DNA of 64,000 nucleotides from an uncultured Lentisphaeraceae bacterium (lineage in GTDB: Bacteria > Verrucomicrobiota > Kiritimatiellia > RFP12 > DVOR01): the NCBI GenBank assembly GCA_949282555.1, contig CASDPK010000008.1:3108-67107 (forward strand), given 5' to 3'. The notes beneath the pieces are model-generated. The model worked only from the letters and a program-made list of their open reading frames with translations, made no database searches and was not told the origin of the DNA. Made by a program: the position numbers and the translations under genes. Below are positions 18,099 to 28,029 of this stretch, piece by piece (positions within the stretch are counted from its first letter, which is position 1; each line of letters opens with the position of its first letter).

Positions 18099-18851
18099 TC
18101 ACTTCCCGGCGGCGACGATGGCCGCAAACGAGTCAGCCTTGAGGGCCGCTCCACCGATGAGGCCGCCGTCGATGTCGGGCTTGGCCATGAGTTCGCCCGC
18201 ATTTTCGGGCTTCATGGAGCCGCCATACTGAATGCGCACCTTGTCCGCCTGGTCGGGGTTCATCTTGGCGAGGGTGGCACGGATGAGGGCGTGCACTTCC
18301 TGAGCCTGGGTGGCGGTGGCCGTCTTGCCGGTTCCGATGGCCCAAACGGGCTCATAGGCGATGACGATCTTGGCGAAATCGGCCTGACATCCGGCGAGAT
18401 CTTGGGTGACCTGGCGGATGATGACCTCCTGCATCTTGCCCTCTTCGCGCTCTTCAAGCGTCTCACCCACGCACACGATCGGGGTAAGGCCGGCGGCAAG
18501 GGCGGCTTTGAGTTTGAGGTTCACGGTCTCGTCGGTCTCAGCGAAGTACTGACGGCGCTCGGAGTGGCCGAGAATGACGTACTGCACGCCGAGATCCTTG
18601 AGCATGGCGGCGGAGATTTCACCGGTGTAGGCACCGGATTCCTTCCAGTGCATATTCTGGGCGCCGAGGCCGATCTTGGCGCCTTCGAGGGCTTTAGCGG
18701 CGGCGGGGATGGCGGTGAAGGGGACGCAAACGACGACCTCCACGCCGCAATCGCCGTCATTGGTGGCCTTGCGGATGTCCTCGATGAGGGGCGTGGCCTC
18801 GGAGGGGGTCTTGTTCATCTTCCAGTTGCCGGCGACAATCTTGGTGCGCAT
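18099..18851 (-). CDS. tpiA: Triosephosphate isomerase
   Basis: [15 protein letters not shown], and the catalytic blocks [11 protein letters not shown] and GGSMKPENA. Confidence 0.9.
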   Translation of the reverse strand: MRTKIVAGNWKMNKTPSEATPLIEDIRKATNDGDCGVEVVVCVPFTAIPAAAKALEGAKIGLGAQNMHWKESGAYTGEISAAMLKDLGVQYVILGHSERRQYFAETDETVNLKLKAALAAGLTPIVCVGETLEEREEGKMQEVIIRQVTQDLAGCQADFAKIVIAYEPVWAIGTGKTATATQAQEVHALIRATLAKMNPDQADKVRIQYGGSMKPENAGELMAKPDIDGGLIGGAALKADSFAAIVAAGK

Positions 18852-18881
18852 GGCGGGAGGTTCCTTTCTTAGGGTTGGAGA

Positions 18882-19316
18882 TTACTCAACGGGACGCTTA
18901 CCGATGCAATCCTGGGGGCAGGTCTCACAGTTCCCGTCGCAGGACATTTCGGACTCATCCATCGCCAAATCATTAAAGCACTTTTCCGGGAATTCCTCAA
19001 CCGAAAGCGCATCGGCGACGGAGAAATCCTCAAAGTCGGTGCCCTCCGGAAAGGTGACAAGGTAGTAGGCTTCCGGGTCCAACCCCTCCACGGAGGGTTC
19101 CACGAATCCAGTCTCGGCATCCGTTGTCTCAACGAGGGAGAGCCCCAGTCGCTTGAAGGTATCTTCCGTGACGGCTTCGTCGTAGCACAACAGATCCATG
19201 AGATCGTAACCGGGGCAAGCGATTTGCGTTGCGGAGACGGGGCGGAGGTCAAACTCATCTTCTTCCGCCATGTCGTCCATGGCGGAAGGATCGGTGGGAT
19301 TTAGAGGCTCACTCAT
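18882..19316 (-). CDS. Small highly acidic protein with C-terminal CX3CX2CX3C motif, translationally coupled to the GspK-like gene
   Basis: ATGA overlap (start 19316-19314, upstream stop 19315-19313). Rich in D and E. C-terminus is CDGNCETCPQDC. No recognisable family. Confidence 0.5.
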   Translation of the reverse strand: MSEPLNPTDPSAMDDMAEEDEFDLRPVSATQIACPGYDLMDLLCYDEAVTEDTFKRLGLSLVETTDAETGFVEPSVEGLDPEAYYLVTFPEGTDFEDFSVADALSVEEFPEKCFNDLAMDESEMSCDGNCETCPQDCIGKRPVE

Positions 19317-22300
19317 GGCAACAGCTGGTAGTAGATGACGCGATCCGGAAGTTCGCCGTAGGCGTCGCGCCAAACAAGCGCCACGGCCCGTGCGGTGGAG
19401 AGCGGCTTGTGCTGGGAAAGATCCCGTCCGGAATTGTAGGCGATGGAGTCCGCACGCAAAATGTAGAGGAAGAGTTGCTGGCGGTCACCGAAGCATTCCT
19501 TGGCCGAGGCGACAAGGGTCGTGACGTCGTTCTGACCGAGAATCTTTCCGGTGCCTGCGGCGGCATTGTAAGCCTTGAGGCGATCGGCAAAGGAACCGGA
19601 CCCATCCGCGCCGGCAGGCTGGATGATGAAATCCTCCAACGTCTTAGGACGGGCGGGGCGGCCCTTGGTTCCCTTGTAGAGTTCCTGCTCACGCGTCCAG
19701 TCGCTGGCATTTGCGCCCACACCGCCGCCGGTCGTCGGCAGGGGGAAGAGATAATCACGGATAAAGTCATCGTACTTTGGCGCGGCAAGGCCGCCGGAGG
19801 GCACCTCAATATCCTTCAAGGTGTCCAAATCATCAAGCAGTTTGGGTGAGATCCGACCGGCGCTTTGGGCCGCACTGAGGCGATCATAGGTGACCTTGGC
19901 CGCCTGCTTGATGGTGGGGGCAATACCCAACAGTGCGAATTGTCGCAACCGCTGGCAGAGCACGTAATCATCCTGTCCCGCGAAGACATTGACGAGTGCA
20001 CGGTGCTCTTCCGGGAAGTTGTCGCCACTAAAGCTCTGGAACATGGAGCCAGTCTTGACATAGCGGTCGTAATCCAATGCGCCATCGTTGAAGTCCGCCA
20101 CAGGGAGGGTGCGGTAAAACGATTGCTTGGCCACTTTATCGTGATAATCGGCATAACTGTTTGTCAGATAGCCGCCCTTGTCACCCCAAACGGAGGACGC
20201 GACAGGGACCGGCAGGAAACACGCCTCGGCCGGCAGGAGCAATTGGTCCGTGTCGTTGTAGCCGTATCGGACATCCTCGGCCTTAAGACCCCAAGCGAAG
20301 GGCACAATGTCGGCGTGGGCTTCGGCATAACCCGTCGCGACATCCGAGGCGGAGGAAGAACCTCCGGTGATGTCGACGCCCTGCACGAAGGTCCAGTGCG
20401 GGGAAGAGAAGGAGGGCAACGGAGCAATGCCACTACCGCCGAAGTAGGCATTTCCGGAGTCCGACACGCCCAGCATGGGGGAGAGCCAGTTGTAACGCGG
20501 ATCGACGGCCGACCATGTTCCGGTGTCCGGAGAGAGGGTACTCCACGCGGGCGTGCTGGTTCCGGCAACGGCGAGTTTCCGACCACTGCCAAAGTCGAGC
20601 TCTGTGCTTGGCTCAATTTTGGGCGTCACCGTTACGGCATCGGAAAGTTTGGTTTTGCACTTGTAGCCGGTGATGGCACCGTTTTCACCTTCAATGGGCT
20701 CGGACTCCCACTCAAGTGCGAACTCCAGGACGACGGGCCGGGTGATGCGGAAGAACTGGCCGTCGAACTTCTCCATGGAGGCAGAGTTGAAGCGATCATT
20801 CAACGTCTTTGGATAATCCGTCCGCTGGCGGAGGATCTTGCCGGTGCCGACGGGGCAGATGTCCGCACTTCCACCGCCTCCTGTGGTCTTCGCACGGAAA
20901 AGGAAATCCACAGCGAAAGCCAAGCGCACCTTTGTGGCTTCGGGCTGAATGGGGGTGGCGCTTTCCTTGTTGGCGACGGGGAGATCTTTTCCGCTGAGTT
21001 CCAATTTGAGCTTCGCTCCGGACTTCAAGGGCACGGTGCCTTCAGAGAAGAGTGCACCATCGGCCGTGAGTCCGGTGTCGCCGCCGGAAAGGTCGGCAGA
21101 GGCACTTTCGGTCTTGAATTCCAACTGCTTGTTGTTTGAGACCACAACGGCAGAACCGAATGCCGCCGCAAACCCCTCTGCACCAATCGTGTAACTCTCC
21201 TCGGAGGATTCATAACCGGGGAAATAGGAACGGAGGGAAATCTCCGTTTCCGGAGCGGGGAGCTCAATGTCCAGCACAACGGAATCATCCAGCGTTGTCG
21301 GGAATTTGTCGGGAGAGGTGTAGCCAGTGGCAGGCATTCCCTCCGGCGACTTCCCTTCAAATCCTTTGAGTGCTTCGGTGAGGCCGGAAACAAAGTCGCT
21401 CCCGAGAGAAGTGTCACCATCAAAGGGGTAAGACACGTCGGAGATCATGGGGACGTTTTCGACGGTCGGTTGCGCCTGTGCGAGGAAGTCCGGGTCAGAG
21501 CCGCCGTCCGAATCCAACACCCCGGGCTGAGAATCCTTGTCAAGGTAATCGCGGAGCATTCGCAGGAAGACGGTCGGCGCATCCAACGCATTCCCATCGC
21601 TGATGGTCTTGCGGTAGAGCTCTTCGATTCGCCCGCCAACGGAGGATGCGGAGGAGGGATCGCCGATGTCTTCGGCTTTGACCTCGTCACAAGAGATGAG
21701 CGGAGCGCCATCGGACGTCGTGTTGTCTGCGGTGCCGCCGCTCTTCTCGTCCTTTCGCGTATGGCGGGGCCAGAAACTGTAAACCGAGAAGGGGGAGAAC
21801 CCTCCGATGCCCTCTTTGTAGATGGCGGATTCCCAAGAGTAGGGGTAGATGTCGCTGCCGTTGTCGGTCACCAACAGCGCATCGCTGCCACGTGCCGCAT
21901 ACCATGCCAAATCGGCGTTCGAGAGGAACGTTGGAAGATCCAGTTGGCTACTGGCGGGGTTCTGTTCGGAATCCAACAAATCATAGCGGTCGGAAGCTTG
22001 CCCGGAAGCGGAGGTGCCGGGCGCTTGGCCAAAACCGAATTCATTGCCGGTGAGGCCAATGCCGCGGTAGGGGGAGGCGGACGAAATGCCATTGATGTCC
22101 ACGGAGTCGGAGAGGTTCACCACCGCCCACGCCATGCGCCCGACAACGGCGGTGTTGATTTCCGTCTTACTGCCGCCAACGGTGCTTTCGACAGAGGGAA
22201 TCAGGGCATTGACGGGCTTCCAGCCCGCGGTCCAATCGACATAATATTTCCCGCTGTAACCTTTGTGGCTGATACCATCGTAGAAGGGCTCTTGGAGCTC

Positions 22301-22762
22301 CAACGTGGCATAGACGTTGTAGGCGATGGCGGGCGGGAGATGGCGCAACACCGTATCGTCAAGCAGATAGGCAATCGGCTCTTTGTCGGGCTCACGCTGA
22401 GTGGAGGCAGAGAACTCGCTGGACCCGGTGTTGCGGGACGTGATGAGGCGCCCGTAGTAGTCCAGATTAGGGTAACGGAAGGGGGCGAGCGCTTCAACCG
22501 TGCGGGTGTCGGGGTTGTCACGATCAAACGTCCCGGCCTCGTCTCTCTGGCTTTTGAGGGCGAAGTCCACGGTCGCACGCGCATCGGTGAAGGCCGAGGC
22601 GAGCAACTCTCGGGCAATGAGATTCCGGCGATAGGCGGCCGCGGCGGAGCGCTCCGTGCGCATGGAGATGGAGAAGGCCACGGCACTGATCATCAGAAAA
22701 CCGAGGAGCCCCAACACAATGAGCAGGGCTGAACCGCGCTTTGGATCAGAAGAATGGAACAT
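19313..22762 (-). CDS. Giant GspK-like minor pseudopilin (1149 aa) with a long Ser/Gly/Asp/Thr-rich extracellular region
   Basis: N-terminus KRGSALLIVLGLLGFLMISAVAF matches the GspK signature (R-G-x-ALL-x-VL). It is the last pilin-like gene of the pseudopilin operon. Confidence 0.6.
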   Translation of the reverse strand: MFHSSDPKRGSALLIVLGLLGFLMISAVAFSISMRTERSAAAAYRRNLIARELLASAFTDARATVDFALKSQRDEAGTFDRDNPDTRTVEALAPFRYPNLDYYGRLITSRNTGSSEFSASTQREPDKEPIAYLLDDTVLRHLPPAIAYNVYATLELQEPFYDGISHKGYSGKYYVDWTAGWKPVNALIPSVESTVGGSKTEINTAVVGRMAWAVVNLSDSVDINGISSASPYRGIGLTGNEFGFGQAPGTSASGQASDRYDLLDSEQNPASSQLDLPTFLSNADLAWYAARGSDALLVTDNGSDIYPYSWESAIYKEGIGGFSPFSVYSFWPRHTRKDEKSGGTADNTTSDGAPLISCDEVKAEDIGDPSSASSVGGRIEELYRKTISDGNALDAPTVFLRMLRDYLDKDSQPGVLDSDGGSDPDFLAQAQPTVENVPMISDVSYPFDGDTSLGSDFVSGLTEALKGFEGKSPEGMPATGYTSPDKFPTTLDDSVVLDIELPAPETEISLRSYFPGYESSEESYTIGAEGFAAAFGSAVVVSNNKQLEFKTESASADLSGGDTGLTADGALFSEGTVPLKSGAKLKLELSGKDLPVANKESATPIQPEATKVRLAFAVDFLFRAKTTGGGGSADICPVGTGKILRQRTDYPKTLNDRFNSASMEKFDGQFFRITRPVVLEFALEWESEPIEGENGAITGYKCKTKLSDAVTVTPKIEPSTELDFGSGRKLAVAGTSTPAWSTLSPDTGTWSAVDPRYNWLSPMLGVSDSGNAYFGGSGIAPLPSFSSPHWTFVQGVDITGGSSSASDVATGYAEAHADIVPFAWGLKAEDVRYGYNDTDQLLLPAEACFLPVPVASSVWGDKGGYLTNSYADYHDKVAKQSFYRTLPVADFNDGALDYDRYVKTGSMFQSFSGDNFPEEHRALVNVFAGQDDYVLCQRLRQFALLGIAPTIKQAAKVTYDRLSAAQSAGRISPKLLDDLDTLKDIEVPSGGLAAPKYDDFIRDYLFPLPTTGGGVGANASDWTREQELYKGTKGRPARPKTLEDFIIQPAGADGSGSFADRLKAYNAAAGTGKILGQNDVTTLVASAKECFGDRQQLFLYILRADSIAYNSGRDLSQHKPLSTARAVALVWRDAYGELPDRVIYYQLLP

Positions 22763-22783
22763 GATGAAATCTCCGAAGGCGCT

Positions 22784-23326
22784 TTAGGGATTGAGGATTC
22801 GGTGACGCCCTACCGCAGGTACGAGAATGGTATACTCGTCGTCGGCGTCCTGAGCGTCGGTGACCGCCTGTTTCACGCGGATGCGGTAAGGATTGCCCCA
22901 GGGGTCATAAAGTGTGTTGCCCCGCAAGGTGGGATGGTTGGCATTGAAATAGACGGTCTTGGCATCGTTTGCCGAGGGATCGGTAAGTTTGTTGACGATT
23001 GTTCCCTTGGCTTCGTTGATGCCTTCGGAAAGGCCCAAGTCTCCCATGGGATCCCCACCGTCGTCACCATCGCCATCGGAAGTGTCGAGCATTGTCAGGC
23101 AATAGAGACGGATGGCGTCGCCCAGCGCGCGTCCCTCAGCCGTGGCCTTGACGGTACGGGCGTTTTCTCTGGCGGCGTAGGTCGAGAAAGCAAAACTTGC
23201 AATGAGGATGCCGATGATAGCGATCACCACCAACAACTCAATCAACGTGAACCCGGCACGGGCCGCATGTGCGATCTCATCGTACGGACGTGCAGGGAAT
23301 GGATTGCCTAAATGGTTCAGGTTCAT
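22784..23326 (-). CDS. Type II secretion/type IV pilus-like pseudopilin, GspG-like (carries DPWGNPY)
   Basis: Leader ...ARAG|FTLIELLVVIAIIGIL (prepilin cleavage/methylation motif). C-terminal DPWGNPYRIR matches the GspG hallmark. Start 23326 has a GAGGA RBS. Confidence 0.7.
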   Translation of the reverse strand: MNLNHLGNPFPARPYDEIAHAARAGFTLIELLVVIAIIGILIASFAFSTYAARENARTVKATAEGRALGDAIRLYCLTMLDTSDGDGDDGGDPMGDLGLSEGINEAKGTIVNKLTDPSANDAKTVYFNANHPTLRGNTLYDPWGNPYRIRVKQAVTDAQDADDEYTILVPAVGRHRILNP

Positions 23327-23376
23327 GTCGCGGTCCTCAATCCAAAGGGGTTCGTGGGCATACGCTTGTGCCGTTG

Positions 23377-24174
23377 TCACTTGTCCTCACCTTCCGGCCA
23401 AGGGCGGATATCGTCCTCAGTGCCCCACTCACCATCGGGGCCGCAGGAGGCAACGGCGATCTCGTAATCGTTGACGGTGGGGGGCGTTTGAGGTCTGATT
23501 TTGATTTTGACGGCTGGGAGCGGATAGCTGGAGTTGAAGGCGGCGTCGTAATTGCTGCCGGAGACCGTCTCAAAGGTAATGCTACCGCCCTTGAGTGCGT
23601 ATGTCGTGGAGGTGCTCTTGCCGCCGTCGTAAGGTTCTTCCTTGCGTGTCACGGAGGAGCCACCCGAATACGTCACGCGGATCAGCTCACGGAGCGCTCC
23701 GTTGCCGGAGCCTTTGAGCTGTTCGTCCGGGTCCGTCGGTGGGCGAAGAATCCAAAAATCCAGCCCGCCGGACAGTTTCCCCTCCGCCGCGAGATCACTT
23801 TCGCTTGTGAGCGGGGTTTCCCCATCCATCATCACGAAGTTGTAAGGGTCCACCATCATGGCGAGATCGCGGCCAAGCGCGCCGACAACGGCGCGGGTGA
23901 CGGATTGCGCGTCGGCGCGCTTCAAGCCGAGCGACCATGCCAGCCCTGTCTGCTGGAAGATCCCCGCGACGATGAGCACAATGATGGAGAGGATGGTCAT
24001 CGCCACCAACACTTCAATGAGCGAGAACCCTTGGCGGAGCCTTTGGAGTCCGCGGTGTACGCGATTGAGCGGTGCACCGCATCCACGCTCGCGATACGGA
24101 GCCTCTCGCCCCGAGATACGGACTCCATCGGCCGAGGCCTCAGGCTGTCCTGTGCAAAGATGCGTCAAATCCAT
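23377..24174 (-). CDS. Prepilin-type N-terminal methylation domain protein (minor pseudopilin, GspJ-like position)
   Basis: RLRQG|FSLIEVLVAMTILSIIV motif. The annotated start gives an unusually long leader, so the true start may be a downstream non-ATG codon. Confidence 0.5.
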   Translation of the reverse strand: MDLTHLCTGQPEASADGVRISGREAPYRERGCGAPLNRVHRGLQRLRQGFSLIEVLVAMTILSIIVLIVAGIFQQTGLAWSLGLKRADAQSVTRAVVGALGRDLAMMVDPYNFVMMDGETPLTSESDLAAEGKLSGGLDFWILRPPTDPDEQLKGSGNGALRELIRVTYSGGSSVTRKEEPYDGGKSTSTTYALKGGSITFETVSGSNYDAAFNSSYPLPAVKIKIRPQTPPTVNDYEIAVASCGPDGEWGTEDDIRPWPEGEDK

Positions 24175-24184
24175 GGTCGTGCTC

Positions 24185-24718
24185 CTATTTGTTCGTGGAG
24201 GTGACGAACACGTTTACCACGTAGACCGGGGCGGTTTTCAGCGGGCGTGTGTTCTTGCTGCAATCCTCTCCGGTGGCTTGGACGCAGACTTGGACGGCTT
24301 CGGTCTTCCGGTCGCCGTTGTTCACGGTTTCGATGTTCCCGGAATTGGTGACATCGGGTTCTTTCCACCATGCACGGTACCACACGCCGGAATTTTCGGG
24401 ATCTTCGTGCGCTTCCACCCTGTCGTCGTCTTCCACGGGGTCTTCCACGCGAAAGCCGAAATCGCCCTCCAACTCATCCAGCAACGTGTCGGCATCCACC
24501 ACGCCGGGCTTTTCGGCGACGGTCCGGGCGGCCCCCATGAAGCGTTCACAGAAGGCTGCCACGCGCATTTCGTTGCGGGCGGCCAAGCTTTCACGCAATC
24601 CGAGCGGGAAAAGGCCGAGCAATGCCAACGCCCCGCCGGCCAAAACGAAGATGGCCATGTTGACCTCGATCAGGGAGAAGCCTGCACGCAGGGCCGTATG
24701 AAAGGAAATTCGTCGCAT
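24185..24718 (-). CDS. Prepilin-type N-terminal methylation domain protein (minor pseudopilin, GspI-like position)
   Basis: ALRAG|FSLIEVNMAIFVLAGGALALLGL. Confidence 0.5.
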   Translation of the reverse strand: MRRISFHTALRAGFSLIEVNMAIFVLAGGALALLGLFPLGLRESLAARNEMRVAAFCERFMGAARTVAEKPGVVDADTLLDELEGDFGFRVEDPVEDDDRVEAHEDPENSGVWYRAWWKEPDVTNSGNIETVNNGDRKTEAVQVCVQATGEDCSKNTRPLKTAPVYVVNVFVTSTNK

Positions 24719-24729
24719 GGGGGGCCTCC

Positions 24730-25641
24730 TTATTTGACGCTGACGGTACCCTGACCATCAACACTGACGGTGAAGGTGGCGTTCTTGGCATTCTTCGAGA
24801 TCGAGTGCGCCGCAGTGACCGAAGAGGCGGAGCCGGATTGGAGGCTCCCCTCGGGGCCAAAGATGAAGACCGCCCGATCGCCGCCCTCAAACGCATAAGC
24901 GTCGGGCAGAGAGAAGGTCGCCGTCACACGCACGGCCATCGGGAAGGCGCGGTCACTGGGAGCCGAGCCTTCCAGCGTCGCGACCCAAAAACCGGGGTTA
25001 CTCCGGGTGGCGCCTTCCTCGCCAATCTCAAGGTCTGCGTCTCCAGCGAGCATTTCCAACGACTTCTTCTGCCCTGCGACCCAGTAATCATAACTGAGAC
25101 GATTCTTGCGGTTGTTGTTGATTTGCTCGTTCAGATCGTCATTATCCTTTGTGGGATCATCCGCGATTTTGTCAATCCGCATAAAGGTGGACGCATCGGG
25201 GTCGAACAAGTTGATGGCTCGGGCGTTTTTGCGCAAGGCCGCGCCCAAGACTTCCCGCTGAAGGCCAAACGGAGCGAGCAAGGTTTTTCCCTCGTGCCAA
25301 ACGTTCCCGATGGATTGGAAGAGCGCGTAACGTCCCTGCTTTACTTTCTGCTTTTTACTGCCGACCACGATCTCGGTGTCGCTGTTCCAACAAACCACCA
25401 CGTGCGTTTTGCCGAGGATACAGGCCTGCTGTCGCGCCAAGAGGAGCGTGTCTCGGAGTTGGTTGCGGCTTTTGGTGACCCCTTCTTGGCGCATGGCACC
25501 GAAAAAGGAGGTGGCGGCCATGGTGATGAGCATCGCGGCGATGCCGATGACCACCATCAGTTCGATCAGTGTGAAACCCGAACGTCGGGAAAGTGTTCCT
25601 TCCCGTGCCGACGCGTCTGTCCCGAAAAACGTCATACCCAT
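24730..25641 (-). CDS. Prepilin-type N-terminal methylation domain protein (GspH-like pseudopilin)
   Basis: SRRSG|FTLIELMVVIGIAAMLITMA. Its size and position match GspH-type proteins. Confidence 0.55.
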   Translation of the reverse strand: MGMTFFGTDASAREGTLSRRSGFTLIELMVVIGIAAMLITMAATSFFGAMRQEGVTKSRNQLRDTLLLARQQACILGKTHVVVCWNSDTEIVVGSKKQKVKQGRYALFQSIGNVWHEGKTLLAPFGLQREVLGAALRKNARAINLFDPDASTFMRIDKIADDPTKDNDDLNEQINNNRKNRLSYDYWVAGQKKSLEMLAGDADLEIGEEGATRSNPGFWVATLEGSAPSDRAFPMAVRVTATFSLPDAYAFEGGDRAVFIFGPEGSLQSGSASSVTAAHSISKNAKNATFTVSVDGQGTVSVK

Positions 25642-25709
25642 TTGGAAATCCCTTTCGTCGTGCGAGGTTCACAGGGGGTCGCAGATCCGGCGCCCAATGT
25701 TCTGGCCGA

Positions 25710-26363
25710 TCAGTTCAATTGGATCACCTCTGCGAAGCTTCCTTCGTGAGGGGAGGTGACGGAGACATGATCCAAATCAAAATCATAGGTGATTTTGAGC
25801 GGGGCAAACGCTCTCGCTTGGCTGAGACGTTTGTACTTGCTGACGCCGGTCTTGTTCATTGTGACCAAGAACCCGATCATGTCACTGGCCGAAACGCCGC
25901 CGCCTGTGAGCGCATCGTCAAGTTTGGTGACGCGGCGTCCACCTTTGCAGACGTAGAACATTGAGGAATCCGTGATATAAGCGCGCTTTGCGTCATCACG
26001 CTTGCCGTTGGCATCGCGCCCAAGAAGCAACATCACGATTTCGGCATTGCCCTCCTTGGGGCGATTGTTGTTGACGGAGCCGAAGGTCGCGGAGCTAACG
26101 TCGGAGGAGTACGCCTCGGGGAGCGGATAGGCGCCATGCTCGTTCTTGTAGGCCATGATGGCACTTTCGACGATTTCCACGCAAGCGTTGCGCTTTGTCT
26201 TCTCGGCGCCTTTGATTACACGGGTCACGCCAATGACGCCCAATCCGACCAACGTGGCGAGGATGACCACCACCACCATCAGTTCAATCAATGTGAAGCC
26301 TGCACGGGAGCGTTGGGCGGCCTTGAGGGAGCGTAAGGAAGCAAGCGGAGTCGCGATATTCAT
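25710..26363 (-). CDS. Prepilin-type pseudopilin (GspG-like paralog)
   Basis: SRAG|FTLIELMVVVVILATLVGLGVIGV...AIMAYKNEHGAYP, a GspG-like N-terminal helix. Confidence 0.6.
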   Translation of the reverse strand: MNIATPLASLRSLKAAQRSRAGFTLIELMVVVVILATLVGLGVIGVTRVIKGAEKTKRNACVEIVESAIMAYKNEHGAYPLPEAYSSDVSSATFGSVNNNRPKEGNAEIVMLLLGRDANGKRDDAKRAYITDSSMFYVCKGGRRVTKLDDALTGGGVSASDMIGFLVTMNKTGVSKYKRLSQARAFAPLKITYDFDLDHVSVTSPHEGSFAEVIQLN

Positions 26364-26447
26364 GGATGAAATCCTTTTTGAGCGTTGAGGCTGGGAACGT
26401 GAGAAGAGAGGCGCGGCAATGGCAACCGCGCCATGTCTTGCACGCGT

Positions 26448-27089
26448 TTACCAACTTTGGGCGTAGACTTCGCCGTTCTTTTCACCGTCTTCCGCCCAGC
26501 ACCAAACCGCGGCGTCTCCGCGGACTTTGCCGCCGGGCACCGACAATTTGGCGGGAAGGCCATCGGAAGAATCGACGATGCCATCCTCGTTGACATCAAG
26601 GACAAATTGGTAAAGGTGATCGGTCACATCCGAACCGCTCCGGCCTTGCTTAAAGCGCTTGGCGCCGATGGGATCAAGCATGCCGTACTTCAATTCGGCC
26701 TCGTTTTCCCTGTTACGGCGGAGGCCGGCCTGCGTGGTGGAATCCGTCGCGTCGGTGTCGATATAGAGCACGTCCAAAAGGCCGGCCTTGCCCAACACCA
26801 AGCACATATCCGTGTCCATGGACTTCACGCCGGAGGAGGCGATTTTGTATTCTTCCGGCCAAAAGCCGACATCGCGGTGATAGTTGGTCCACGCCACGGC
26901 AATCTGCTTGCAGTCGTCGGCGGCATTTTTTCGACGCGCCGATTCCATGAACGCCGTGTAACCGCCGGCGGTGATGCCCCCCAAAATGCCGAGGATCACG
27001 ATGACGACGAGCAACTCAATGAGCGTGAAACCCGCACGGCGAGCGCCAAGGCCCTGAGTGCGGCGTCCGAAAGCATGCGTTCCGTTCAT
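26448..27089 (-). CDS. Prepilin-type pseudopilin (GspG-like paralog)
   Basis: ARRAG|FTLIELLVVIVILGILGGITAGGYTAF. Confidence 0.6.
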   Translation of the reverse strand: MNGTHAFGRRTQGLGARRAGFTLIELLVVIVILGILGGITAGGYTAFMESARRKNAADDCKQIAVAWTNYHRDVGFWPEEYKIASSGVKSMDTDMCLVLGKAGLLDVLYIDTDATDSTTQAGLRRNRENEAELKYGMLDPIGAKRFKQGRSGSDVTDHLYQFVLDVNEDGIVDSSDGLPAKLSVPGGKVRGDAAVWCWAEDGEKNGEVYAQSW

Positions 27090-27126
27090 AAGAATCTCCC
27101 TCTTCCTCTAGGCATGATGGCCGTAA

Positions 27127-27945
27127 TCAGTCCTCGTCGTCATCGGCGATGCCGCTGGCCGTGATGTCGTCGGCCGTCCCGAAGGCTCCATCCGGGCCGG
27201 CGGAGATGATTTCCCCGGCGCCGCCATCGTTCCGATACTTGAGGGCGTGCTCCCAGGCATCGCTCTTGGCACCTGCGGTATAACGTTGGGCGCCGCATTC
27301 GACACAGACGGTTTCTCCACTTTTCACCAAGCCATCTTTTTGGAGACGTCGCCAAGTACGGTAGATCTGCTGAAGATTGTTGTCTGCGGCTTCATTGGCG
27401 GCAGTGGCGCCCAAGGCGTCGCTCGCGTTTTTGAGCCCTCGGATTTCGGTGGCCCACGGCGTGTCTGCCGCGGGATTCCGATACATTTCTTTGTAGTGGC
27501 CCAGAAGCTCATCGGAAACGGCTTCTGAAATCACGGTTGCACGTGGCACAAAGTGTGAACACAGGCCGAACTGAATTTCGTCGGCATTGTTGCTGTTGGT
27601 GACGGCTTTGAATCCGCAGTATTTGCATCCGGGCGAGCCCGACTCGGAAACAAAGCGGAAGTCCAAAGGGGCGTACCCATTGCTATCCGTATTGGAAACG
27701 ACGGGATAATCGCCGTAGATGGCCTTGTATTCCTCGAGCAAGGTGGCGATGGCGTGGATTTGCGCGGTGGTTTCCGCGATCGCGGCTTTGTCACGCGCGG
27801 CACGGATCATTCGGAAGAGTCCCGCCGCCAAAATGCCGAGGATCACGATGACGACCAACAATTCAATGAGCGTAAACCCCGCGCGTTGCCGAATGCGCGT
27901 TTGCGCCGGCATGACGGCGCGGTTGCCAAACGATAAGTGGTTCAT
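27127..27945 (-). CDS. Prepilin-type pseudopilin (GspG-like paralog) with acidic C-terminal tail
   Basis: RQRAG|FTLIELLVVIVILGILAAGLF...EEYKAIYGDYP. Start 27945 has a GGAGGG RBS. The tail ends ...ASGIADDDED. Confidence 0.6.
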   Translation of the reverse strand: MNHLSFGNRAVMPAQTRIRQRAGFTLIELLVVIVILGILAAGLFRMIRAARDKAAIAETTAQIHAIATLLEEYKAIYGDYPVVSNTDSNGYAPLDFRFVSESGSPGCKYCGFKAVTNSNNADEIQFGLCSHFVPRATVISEAVSDELLGHYKEMYRNPAADTPWATEIRGLKNASDALGATAANEAADNNLQQIYRTWRRLQKDGLVKSGETVCVECGAQRYTAGAKSDAWEHALKYRNDGGAGEIISAGPDGAFGTADDITASGIADDDED

Positions 27946-28029
27946 GGAAAATCCCTCCGACAAAACGGAATGAAGCCTGATGGTGGGCGGGGCCGCACCA
28001 TGCCGTGCGAACCTCGCCCGCCGGGGCTG

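Noticed and set aside
16282-18872. Plus-strand ORFs of 322, 248 and 264 aa
   Set aside because: Shadows of GGGtGRT, the nifU-like gene and tpiA. The translations are Gly/Ala/Asp-rich low complexity.
19865-22732. Two ~420-aa plus-strand ORFs
   Set aside because: Antisense to the GspK-like gene, which has a diagnostic N-terminus and operon context.
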